Shown here one piece after another: positions 21,769-31,666 of a stretch of DNA of 64,000 nt (position 1 is its first letter; every line of letters starts with the position of its first letter). Made by a program: the position numbers and the translations under genes. This DNA is from Mantamonas sphyraenae STR306 (taxonomy: Eukaryota > Protista > CRuMs): contig JAPMXV010000072.1 of the NCBI GenBank assembly GCA_026936335.1, positions 186,001 to 250,000 of the forward strand. Reading direction: 5' to 3'. The notes under the pieces were generated by a model. It did no database searches and had not been told where the DNA came from. It worked only from the letters and a program-made list of their open reading frames with translations.

Positions 21769-21771
21769 GTG

Positions 21772-21773
21772 TC

Positions 21774-21826
<53 letters not shown>

Positions 21827-22335
21827 TTTGTAGATATCTTTGGGTTGGGATTGCTGCTGCTGTCGTCGTTGATGTGTTGGAGGTCTGCGTCTTGTTCGCC
21901 GCCAATGTTTGTGTCGAGGTCGTCGAGGGCGCGAAACTCGTGCCAGGCCTGGTCTGAAGCTTGGTCAGAGGCGTCCATGGAGGAGAGGAGGGGACGAAAG
22001 ACGTGTGTGAGGGCAGTCTCAAAGAGGGAGACGTCGAGGTCGGCCAGCCAGGCCAAGCGCGGGCAGAGGGTTTGGTTGGCGGTGTACTCGCCAATGAGAA
22101 AGATGGAGTCACCGGGCACAAAGGAGAGGGCTGGGAGGAGATGTGTGTCGACGGTGAGGACCAGAGAGTCGTCGTGGAGGTCGGCAAGGAGGAGGAGGTC
22201 TTCGGAAAGGCGAAGGGAGTGGACGGTGCCCCAGGTGCGGACGGTGACCTTTTGTTGGGGAGTGTCCATGGCAAGGATCTCCTGGACGGTGGTGAGCTGG
22301 CCGTGGGTGACTGCAGGGCTGTCGTAGAAGGTCAT
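21772..22335 (-). CDS. TEN1: CST complex subunit TEN1-like OB-fold protein
   Basis: VRTWGTV..LTVDTHLL..GDSIFLIGE..CPRL...LDVSLFETAL follows the TEN1 pattern as recalled; size is compatible. Confidence 0.65.
21775..21825. repeat. (TGA)17 microsatellite encoding the poly-Ser tail of TEN1
   Basis: Read directly. Confidence 0.95.
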
Positions 22336-22404
22336 TGTTGGAGAGTTGGAGAGTGAGTGTGGTTTGGGAAGCGCACGCGCAAGCGCAGGTACGCACAGAA
22401 GAAA

Positions 22405-23295
22405 ATGGCTGCGAATCTGCTGACAGTGTGTGCGAGGGGTGATGCGACTGAAGAGGAGGTGGAGGAAGCAGTGCAGGCAGCGGGAGGGCGTGTGGACATG
22501 CGGAATAGGCGTAGGAGGACGCCGTTGCTCTGTGCGGTGTCGTGCAAGAATGTGGGGGCCATGAGGGTGTTGTTTGGGCATGGTGCAGACGCAAACGATG
22601 TGGACTCTATGTACATGTGGGCGTGTGTGCACCAGGCGGCCAGTGGAGGCAGTGTGGCGGTGCTGGAGGAGTTGGCGCGCCACGGGGCGGATCTGGAGGT
22701 GTTGACGCGATCGAATGAGAACTGTGTGTTTTTGGCGGCGGGCAAGGGACACACAGAGGCAGTGAAGTGGTTGTTGTGTCATGGGGTCGATGGCAGTGTG
22801 CCAAACATGCATGGGCGGTCGGGGCTGATGAAGGCAGTGGAGAAGGGCCACCTGGACACGGTGCTGCTGATGTTGGTGGCACGGTGTGAGACGAAGCATG
22901 GGTTTCTGCGTGGGAACAGCGAGTTTTGGGCAGCATTGGCCAAGTTGGAGAGTGGCGGGGCAAAGGAGATCCACAGGGAGCACCCGCGGTTGTTGGAGGG
23001 GATGGACATCGAGTGGGGATGGGATGTGCATGATTTGCTGCCTGAACAGGTGGATGTGGAGGTGGAGAGTGTGTTGGTGATGAATGAGGTGGAGGAGGAG
23101 GAGTTGTTTGCAGCTGGGAACGTAGAGTCGTATGTGCCGAGTGGATTGTGGCATGCACAGCCACAGGAGGTGTTGGACAGGATTGTGGCACATGTGGGGT
23201 CGTGTGTGGTGGCGGGTGGTGGGCAGGATGGTGAGGATGGGGAGGACGGGGAGGCGATGGGGGAGACACCTGAATCGTTGGGAAACGCAAGATGA
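22405..23295 (+). CDS. Ankyrin-repeat protein with a C-terminal F-box-like tail
   Basis: About 4 ANK repeats (TPLLCAV, CVHQAASGG, FLAAGKGH, LMKAVEKGH). Tail QVDVEVESVLVMN..LWHAQPQEVLDRIVAHVG aligns with the tails of the LRR-ANK family at 39.6-53.7 kb. Confidence 0.8.
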   Translation: MAANLLTVCARGDATEEEVEEAVQAAGGRVDMRNRRRRTPLLCAVSCKNVGAMRVLFGHGADANDVDSMYMWACVHQAASGGSVAVLEELARHGADLEVLTRSNENCVFLAAGKGHTEAVKWLLCHGVDGSVPNMHGRSGLMKAVEKGHLDTVLLMLVARCETKHGFLRGNSEFWAALAKLESGGAKEIHREHPRLLEGMDIEWGWDVHDLLPEQVDVEVESVLVMNEVEEEELFAAGNVESYVPSGLWHAQPQEVLDRIVAHVGSCVVAGGGQDGEDGEDGEAMGETPESLGNAR

Positions 23296-24290
23296 GTGAA
23301 CAAGTTTCGTCCGCCAATGGCACGCGCACCCTGTTTGTGGGAGGCAACTGGAAGATGGTGAGTGTGGGGACGAGTGGGGACGAGTGGGGACGGGGGAGGA
23401 GGGTGGGGATTGGGAAGCCGGAAAAAAAGCGGGGAGGGAGAAAGGAAGAGTCACGGGAGCTGACACACAGAGATGGGGACGTGGTTGGACGCACGACGAC
23501 GACGGCGGTGGGGGCATGTGTGCTGGATGGATGATGTGGCCTGCAGAATGGCAGCAAGGGCTTTGCAGGTGAGCTTGCAGGGGATTTGAAGGCGGCGACG
23601 CTGGAGGTGGAGACGGAGGTTGTGATCTTCCCTCCTGCGCTGTATGCAGGGCAGGTGGCGGAGGCTGTGGGAGAGCGTATCCAGGTGGGACTGCAGAACT
23701 GTGCACACGTGCAGTCGGGCGCGTTTACGGGAGAGCTGTCGCCGTCGATGGTGAAGGACAGTGGGTTCGAGTGGGTTCTGATTGGCCACAGCGAACGTCG
23801 GCACGTGTTTGGCGAGTCGCAGGAGCTGCTGAACCAAAAGGTGGCATTGGCACTGGAGACGGGTTTGAAGCTGATCTACTGCATTGGAGAGACAGAGGAG
23901 GAGCGGGAGAACGGGGCAACCGAGTCTGTGCTGCAGGCTCAGATGGACGGCCTGGTGAGCAGTGTGGCCTCGGAGGAGGGATGGGCCAACGTGGTGGTTG
24001 CGTATGAACCGGTGTGGGCCATTGGCACAGGCAAGGTGGCCACTCCCGAGCAGGCAGGTGAGACACACGCCATGCTGCGAGAGTACCTCAACGCACAGGT
24101 GAGTGCCAAGGTTGCCTTTGACACACGCATCCTGTACGGAGGGTCTGTGAAGCCGGACAACAGCGAGGATCTGATTGCCATGCCCCACATCGATGGGTTC
24201 CTTGTGGGCGGCGCTTCCTTGAAGCTGGAACCGTTTGTGGACATTGTCAACTCGACGGCCAAGAGCCAGGGCTTTGATTGGAGTGTGTAG
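23292..24290 (+). CDS. TPI1: Triosephosphate isomerase; intron 23358-23546
   Basis: FVGGNWKM/NG restored by splicing; GAFTGE; GHSERR; AYEPVWAIGTG; YGGSV; DGFLVGGASL. Confidence 0.98.
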
Positions 24291-24331
24291 AGTGTCTACG
24301 GGAGGAGGGGGAGGATTGGGAAATGGAATCA

Positions 24332-24934
24332 TCAGACTTTCATGTCGTACGCAAGGATGTCGGCGACCGAGTCGTAGTCGTACGTGTCGGTGGCGTAGTA
24401 GGGGTCGTTGACAATGAGTTGCTGGGAGGAGGCGTCGTAGCCGGTGACAAGGACAAAGTGGCTCTTGTTGCGGACATGGGCAATGGAGACGCGAGTGACA
24501 GAGTCGATCCAGGACTGGAGAGTGGCAAAGGAGGGCTTCTGGGCCTCCGAGACAAAGGAGACGCCGGAAAAGGCGTTGACGCTGTCGAGGACAAGGTTGG
24601 CACAGTCACCATCGATGCACGTGTAGCCCTTGTTTGCACGGAGCCACTGGTTGAGGAGACCAGGGTTCACGCGTTGTCCAGCCACGGTGTGGTTGCGTGA
24701 CGCGAGGGCCATGGAGACGCAGGACATGGCACAGCCCTGTTGACAGATGGTGATGTGGTCGGCCATGGTGTTGTTGGCCCAGTGGGGGTCGCATTGGAGG
24801 AAGTGCGGGTAGGGGAAGGGGACGAGGGAGGAGGAGGAGGAGGCAGCAGCAACACACATGGCGAGAGAAATGAGGAGGAGGAGGAGGAGGAGGAGGAGGA
24901 GGGGTGTGGGGTTGGGTTTGTGATGGGATGTCAT
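24332..24934 (-). CDS. Secreted peptidase C39-like (papain-fold) protein
   Basis: Poly-Leu signal peptide; FLQCDPHW; TICQQGCAMSCVSMAL; HFVLVTGYD; VNDP (Cys-His-Asp). Confidence 0.8.
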   Translation of the reverse strand: MTSHHKPNPTPLLLLLLLLLLISLAMCVAAASSSSSLVPFPYPHFLQCDPHWANNTMADHITICQQGCAMSCVSMALASRNHTVAGQRVNPGLLNQWLRANKGYTCIDGDCANLVLDSVNAFSGVSFVSEAQKPSFATLQSWIDSVTRVSIAHVRNKSHFVLVTGYDASSQQLIVNDPYYATDTYDYDSVADILAYDMKV

Positions 24935-25000
24935 GGGTGGACTGATGGTTGGGTTGGATGCGGAGGGGGAAGCACGTTTTCCATTGGGAGAAGAGCTGAG

Positions 25001-26465
25001 ATGTTTGCACGAAGCGGACGAAAGAGTGTGGTCAAGGGAGCCATGGCAAGCGTGATGAAGCAGCAGGAGGTGAGGATGGCACACAGTGGAGCCAGCAATC
25101 TGCTGGTGGAGGATCTGACAGAGGCAGTGGCAGCCATGAAGGAGGCCGGGACGTACAAGCGGGAACGAGTGATTAGCTCGCCGCAGGCTTCCAACGTGCG
25201 TGTGCAGGGCAACGATGCAGAAATCCTCAACTTTTGTGCAAACAACTATCTGGGATTGGCAGATGATCCCAGTGTGATCAAGGCAGCCCACCAGGCGCTG
25301 GACGACTTTGGGTTTGGGGTGGCCTCGGTTCGGTTCATCTGTGGCACGCAGACAGTGCACAAGGAGCTGGAGAGGAGCATTGCTCGCTTCCATGGCATGG
25401 AGGACTGCATTTTGTATCGTAGGTTGAGAGGGAAGGGGTAGGGAGGGAGAGAGAGAGGGGCGGGGGAGAGGGGAAAGGGGTAGGGAAAGGGAGGGGAGGA
25501 ATGTGGGAGGGAGAGGGGGCAAAGGGAAGAGCGGGTGGAAGGGGAGGGGAGGGAAAGGGGAAGGGGATGCCTGACAAGGAAGAGGTGTATTGGACACAGC
25601 ATCGTGCTTTGATGCCAACGCAGGGTTCTTTGAAGCCATCCTTGGACCGGAGGATGCACTTGTAAGCGACAAGCTGAACCATGCGTCGATCATCGACGGG
25701 ATCCGGCTGTGCAAGGCGCAGAAGAGGCTGTACGAGCACTTGGATCTGGGGGACTTGGATGCAAAGCTGGGGGAGGTGAGTGGGGCAAGGCACAAGGTGG
25801 TTGTGACGGACGGGGTGTTTAGCATGGATGGGGACATTGCACCGTTGGATGAGATCTGCAACGTGGCGGAGAAGCACGGAGCACTGGTGTTTGTGGACGA
25901 ATGCCACGCAACTGGGTTCCTGGGAGAGACGGGCCGTGGGACGCCCGAGTACCACGGGGTCATGGAACGAGTGGACGTGATCAACTCGACGCTGGGCAAG
26001 GCGTTGGGAGGCGGGCAAGGAGGGTACACGGTGGCACGGAAGGAGATTGTGGAGGTGTTGAGGAACAAGGGACGGCCGTACTTGTTCAGCAACTCCATCA
26101 CACCGTCGGTGGCGGCAGGGACCCAGGCAGTGTTTGACATGCTGGAGAAGGACACGTCGCGACGGGATCAGCTGGAGGCCAACACGAAGCAGTTCCGAAC
26201 GGCGATGACACAGGCAGGGTTTACCATCATGGGCAAGGACCATCCGATTGCACCTGTGCTGCTTGGGGATGCTCGTCTGGCGTCTGAGTTTGCAGAGAGG
26301 ATGCTGGCCAAGAACATCTACGTGATTGGCTTCTCGTTCCCTGTGGTGCCGCACGACACGGCACGCATCCGTGTGCAGCTGTGTGCAAACCACACGTCGG
26401 AGCAGATTGATCAGGCGGTGGCTGCGTTTGTGGAGGTGGGGAAGGAGTTGGGGGTCATTGAGTGA
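25001..26465 (+). CDS. GCAT: Mitochondrial glycine C-acetyltransferase (2-amino-3-ketobutyrate CoA ligase); intron 25419-25599
   Basis: LNFCANNYLGL; SVRFICGTQ; ILYPSCFDAN after splicing; NHASIIDG; DECHATG; STLGKALGG; RPYLFSN. Confidence 0.96.
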
Positions 26466-26479
26466 TGTACTGTTGAATT

Positions 26480-28336
26480 CTATGTGCCTTGGTGGTAGAG
26501 GAGGAGGTAGGCGGCACTGCCTTCGTCCAGGACGTCTTGTTGGGAGACGGTGGAGACGTGGGAGTCGTCGAAACACAGCCAGTCGCCGTAGGGCTGTTTG
26601 ACCATGGCGACATAGTGGCCGCCCGAGGGAGAGTCGCCGTAGTGGGAGACAATGGCAGCGAGGGAGTAGCTGTGTTGTTGCTGTTGGTCGGAGTAGAGCT
26701 TGCCCAGGCGCAAGGAGAGGGGAAACTCGACGAAGCGATCGACCTTGTGGACGCCGTTGTGGTCAAAGGCAAAGCGTTTCAAATGTACAAGGAGGCTGTG
26801 GGGGCAACGGTGGATGAGGGTCTGCTTGCTGGCAGGGGTCTCTTGGCCTGTGCGTTCGCTGACATAGCCATGCAGGGTTTCCTTGCGGACAAAGGCGCGC
26901 AGCGCTTGGTCGAGGGTGTCGATGCCCTGGTCGTCAATGTCCAATGGCAAGCAGACAAAGGGTTGGGTGCTGCTGGACGGTTGTTCACCCTCTTTGCGCA
27001 CAATGCTCTTTAGTTGGCCACCAAAGATGGAGGAGATGGGCGAGGCCACCTGTGCATCCTCCACCTGTTTGCTCATGTGCACCGTGGCTTGGTTGTGCGA
27101 GCCCACCTCCAGCCAGTCTTCCGAGTCGGAGTCTTCGTCGGGCAGGTTGGATGGGTACGGCGACGTGGAATCCGTGTCTTGGGACGGGGGTGAGGGAGGT
27201 GCTTCCTGGGTCTCGTCGTCGGTGGAGGTGGAGGCCAGGAGGGCTGCCCAGGATGAGGTGGACTGGGTTGAAGTGGAGGAGGATGGGGTGGATTTGGGTT
27301 TGGAGGAGGAGGTGGTGGTGGAGGTGGAGGAGGTGGTGGTGGGGGTGGGAGGTGGGAGGCTGCAGAAGCAAGCTCTTCGTGAAGGGCGTCGAGGAGGAAA
27401 CTGAGGAATTCCTGGGCATCCTGCTGTTGGCCAGTGATGGAACTCATGAGACTGTTGGAGTTGGCAAAGTCGGTGAGGAGTGGGTGGAAGTGGAGAGGGG
27501 TAAAGGCGCCGCCAGCGCTGAGGAAGCGGGAGGCAAGCTGTTGTTGCGACGTGTACGTGGTTGTGTCAAACAGGGCGATATGATCAGTGCTATGGGTGGG
27601 GGTGGGGGAGGTGAGTGAGTTGTGGTGTGTGGGGATTAAAGGGCAGGAAACGGGGGTGACGCACAAGGCTCGGGTTACTGGGAAAGCACTTTCCGGCAGG
27701 GAGAGCGGGACCAGGTCGCGCAGGAGGTGGACAAAGGGCTGAGAGCCCATGAGAAGCTGCAGGGTGGAGTTCATGAAACAGGAGTTGCCTCGGTTGATGA
27801 GACCACGTGGTTTGATGGCAGAGAGGACAGGCGAAGGGCAAGCGGCAAAGAGATCACTCAGAGTCTGCAGAGCCTCAGCGTCCATGAGTTGATCGATTGG
27901 TTTGGTGGAAGGAGAGGAGGTGAAGAGAGGAAGAGGAGGAGGAGGAGGAGGAAGAGGAGGTGGTGGTGGAGTTGGTGGGTTTGACGCCACGTGCTTCCGG
28001 ACTGGCGTCGTCGGGTACGTTTTTGCTGACGACACTGGTCCAGGAGAAGCCACTGGAGGTTTTCAGAGAGGGCTTGGACGGGGTGGAGGATGAGGGCTGC
28101 TTGGTGGAGTTGGAGGCGCGTGTGCTGGTCTGTGTCTGTGTCTGTGGCTTGGGTTTGGGGTTGGGTTTGCTTCCCCTGGTACGGGGTTGTTGTTGATCCG
28201 TGTGCTGCTGCTGCTTCTTGCCACCACCATGCGACTGACCCTGGCTGGTGTTGCCAGACGCATTGCGGTTGCGGCGGCGGCGGTTGCGGCGACGTGGATT
28301 TGCAGAGGAGGAGGAGGAGGATGGACGAGCGCTCAT
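26480..28336 (-). CDS. USP10: Ubiquitin-specific protease USP10/Ubp3-like; intron 27590-27664; two apparent frameshifts (about 27925 and 27345)
   Basis: PRGLINRGNSCFMN Cys box; QQDAQEFL..LLDALHEE; SPISSIFGG; VHLKRF; HYG..GGHY His box; WLCFDD; AYLLLY. Confidence 0.85.
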
Positions 28337-28378
28337 GGAGGCAGCATTGCATCGACGAGCGCATAGGGAGACAGGAGC

Positions 28379-30929
28379 ATGTCACGTCGAAGCACACGAG
28401 CAGGACGGCGACGCAAGGAGGAGGAAGTGGCGAGGGCAATGGCTGCAGAGGAGGAGGAGGAAGAGGAGGAGGTGGAGGTGGAGGTGAGGCGGCGTCAAAG
28501 GGCACATGCGCAGACGCGGACGACGCGGAAACGAAGCCGTGCAGCGGCGGAGGAGGGATGGCAAGGCGGGAAAGCAGGACACAGGGGTCGGCATGTGGGC
28601 AAACATGCACCTGCAGAAGAGGCGGCGGAACAAGGGGATGCAAGCGGAGAGGAGGAGGAGGAGGAGGCGTGGGAGTCGGATTCGGACGACGAGTCGTTCA
28701 TCTCGCAGTCGAGCGACTCGAGCGGAGACGAGGCGGAGGAGGAGGTGACCACGGCAGCAGATGTGTTGGCAGCAGCAAGGCGTGGACAGGGCAGCAGCAG
28801 CAGCAGTGGTGGTGGCGGTGGTGGTGGTGAAGGGTGGGAGGAAGAAGGGGAGGAGGACGAGGAGAGCGGACCGAAGGAGCAACCGAACTATTTGACGGCG
28901 CGACACGGGTTCCCAGCACCGCAAGCGGACGAGGACGGAACGTTTACAGACTCTGATGAGGAGGAGTGGGCAAATCCGCCACGAAACCGGATTGGAAACA
29001 TCCCCATCGAGTGGTACGACGACCTGGACCACGTGGGGTACGACATTCACGGGCGGAAGATCATGAAGAAGAAGGCAAAGGACGCCCTGGACACATTCAT
29101 CGACCGGTCGGACGACCCTTACGACTGGCGCAAGGTGCATGACTATGTGAACGACCAGGACATCACGCTGACGGAGGAGGAGATTGAACTGGTGAACCGT
29201 GTGGTTCGCAGGGAAGCATGCAGATGGGTCATACGACCCGTATGCAGACTATGTGGAATGGTTCACAGACACACCGAGCATCCATCCAATGGTCAACAAG
29301 CCTGAGCCAAAGAGGCGATTCCAACCGAGCAAGATGGAAAACGCACGGATCATGCACATTGTGCGTGGTCTGCGCAGGGGCACCATCAAGACCAAAGCTC
29401 AATGGGAGGCGGAGCAAAGCAAGGAGAAACCTCTGGAGTTGGCGTGGACCGAGGACGAGGTGGACAGTCTGCAGGACGACACAAGGCACATTGCGGCGCC
29501 CAAGCGTGTGCTGCCCAGCCATGCCGAGTCGTACAACCCAGCCGTGGAGTTTCTGCCCACAGAGGAGGAGCGTCTGCAGTGGCAGATGATGCCCAAGGAG
29601 GACAGGCCGTACAACTTTGAACCGACACGATACGACGCCCTGCGCAAGGTGCCGCTGTACACGCAACTGCTGCGGGAGAACTTTGAACGCTGTCTGGATC
29701 TGTACCTGTGTCCACGCACCAAGAAGCGCAAGATGAACGTGGATGCAGAGGATCTGGTGCCCAAGTTGCCCAAGGCGGCCGACCTGAAGCCGTTCCCCAC
29801 GCAGCTGAGCATGGAGTACAAGGGCCACACGGACATGGTGCGTGCCTTGGATGTGCATGCGGCAGGGCAGTGGCTGGCAACGGGGGGAGCAGACGGCACA
29901 GTGCGCGTGTGGGAAGTGGCCACAGGCAGGTGTGTGCGCATGTGGCGCTTTGGGTCGCAGACGGTGCAATGTGTGGCATGGAACCCGGCTGTGGATGTGT
30001 TTGTGCTGGCCATCGCCGTGGGCGAGCGTGTGCTGCTGTGCAACGCGTTGGTGGGCAGCGACGAGGCGAATGTGAACAGCGATGTGTTTTTGATGGGCGA
30101 TGTGGAGGAGGGTGATGAAGGAGAGGGAAAGGAGGAGGAGGAAGAGGAGGGAGAGGACGAGGAGGAGCAGGAGGAGGTGGTGGAGGAGGAAATGGCGAGT
30201 GAGAGCAAGATGGCACCCGTGGTGTGGAAGAAGCTTGCGGTGGGACGGGGAAAGAAGGACAATGGGAAGCGATGGGTGGTGGAGCACAAGTTTGAGGTGA
30301 AGCATGTGGCGTGGCACAGGCGGGGAGACTACTTTAGCACGACGGCGCCGGAAGGAGAGAGCAGGGCGGTGGTGGTGCATCAGTTGAGCAAGCGGAGCAC
30401 TCAGAATCCGTTTAGCAAGTCGTTGGGACGTGTGCAGGCCAGTGTGTTTCATCCCACCAAGCCACTGTTCTTTGTGGCGACGCAACACTATGTGCGCATC
30501 TACAACCTGGTGCGGCAGGAGCTGGTGAAGAAGCTGCAGACGGGAGTGAAGTACGTGAGCACACTGGATGTGCACACGAGTGGAGACCACGTGCTGGTGG
30601 GATCGTTTGACAAGCGTGTGGTGTGGTTCGACCTGGACATGGGCAGCAAACCGTACCGTACGCTGCGGTACCACGCAAAGGCAGTGCGCAGCGTGGCATT
30701 CCATCCACGGTACCCGCTGTTTGCAAGCAGCAGCGACGATTGCCGTCTGCATGTGTTCCACGGCCGTGTGTACAACGACCTGACGCAGAATGCGCTGATT
30801 GTGCCCCTCAAGATCCTGCGTGGGCACAAGGAGGTGGACCACGTGGGCGTGTTGGGTGTCAAGTGGCATCCGACGCAGCCATGGTTGTTTTCCGCAGGGG
30901 CGGACAACCGTGTGGTGATGTGGATGTGA
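28379..30929 (+). CDS. BOP1: Ribosome biogenesis protein BOP1/Erb1; apparent 1-nt frameshift at about 29203
   Basis: NRIGNIPIEWYDDLDHVGYDIHG; PEPKRRF; HAESYNP; FERCLDLYLCPR; DLKPFP; WD40 repeats ending HPTQPWLFSAGAD. Confidence 0.95.
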
Positions 30930-30962
30930 AAGAGAGGAATGAAGGGAGTTTGTGCATTGACA

Positions 30963-31640
30963 TCAACGGACAAGAGTGAGCTTGCCGGTGATCTTGTCGA
31001 CGTCTTCCTTGGCTGCAGGCCCAATGCCAATGACCGTGCGGCTGCCTGGGGCAAGCTGTGTGCGGCCTGCGTCTGCAATGACGGCGTAGGGGAGATCGGT
31101 GTCGCGTAGGGCGGCAATGACGTCGTCAAACTCCTGTTCGTCGTTGACCTTGACGACAATCTTGGCTGTGCCCTCGATTTGCCAGTGTTGCACGCGGAGG
31201 GCGTTGTGGCGTGTCTGGAGGGCACGCTTGTAGGCACCGAGGGAACCGTGGGCCACCTGAGCGGCCATTTTGCCCGGTTTCATGATGGCTTTCTTGCCCC
31301 CGCGGATGAGATCGCCTCGGACAACCATGATCTGGCGTGGGTTTGTGCCATGGCCAGCCATGAGTTCTTCTTCGGTGAAGGAGAAGGCGGGGAAGGGCAG
31401 GTCGGAGTCTGTGGAGGACACAGAGCAGGAGTCATCGTCGGATGGGGTTGGGGAGGAGGAGGGGGTGGTGGGGGTGGTGGGGGTGGTGGTGGTGGTGGTG
31501 GAGGAGGAGGATTGGTTGGCCAGTGGGGTTGACGGGGTGGCGGAGGCTGGGGTGAAGAGACGGGCAAGGCCGTAGCCGAGGGCCAGGCCCACACTCATGG
31601 CCAGAGCGAGTTTGGGCAGGTTTGCGTCTGTTTGGGACAT
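30963..31640 (-). CDS. PTRH2: Peptidyl-tRNA hydrolase 2
   Basis: N-terminal TM helix; MVVRGDL..MKPGKMAAQVAHG; KIVVKV; IADAGRTQLAPGSRTVIGIGP; DKITGKL. Confidence 0.95.
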   Translation of the reverse strand: MSQTDANLPKLALAMSVGLALGYGLARLFTPASATPSTPLANQSSSSTTTTTTPTTPTTPSSSPTPSDDDSCSVSSTDSDLPFPAFSFTEEELMAGHGTNPRQIMVVRGDLIRGGKKAIMKPGKMAAQVAHGSLGAYKRALQTRHNALRVQHWQIEGTAKIVVKVNDEQEFDDVIAALRDTDLPYAVIADAGRTQLAPGSRTVIGIGPAAKEDVDKITGKLTLVR

Positions 31641-31666
31641 TAGCCAGGGAGAGGGGGGGGAGGGCG

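Noticed and set aside
21772-23706. 644-aa minus ORF as one protein (likewise 24332-26155 and 12496-14457 at full length)
   Set aside because: Only the 3' part has domain signal; the rest is antisense to real plus-strand genes.
29190-29220. Programmed ribosomal frameshifting in BOP1, DMAP1 and USP10
   Set aside because: No shared slippery motif or stop context; indel errors are more parsimonious.
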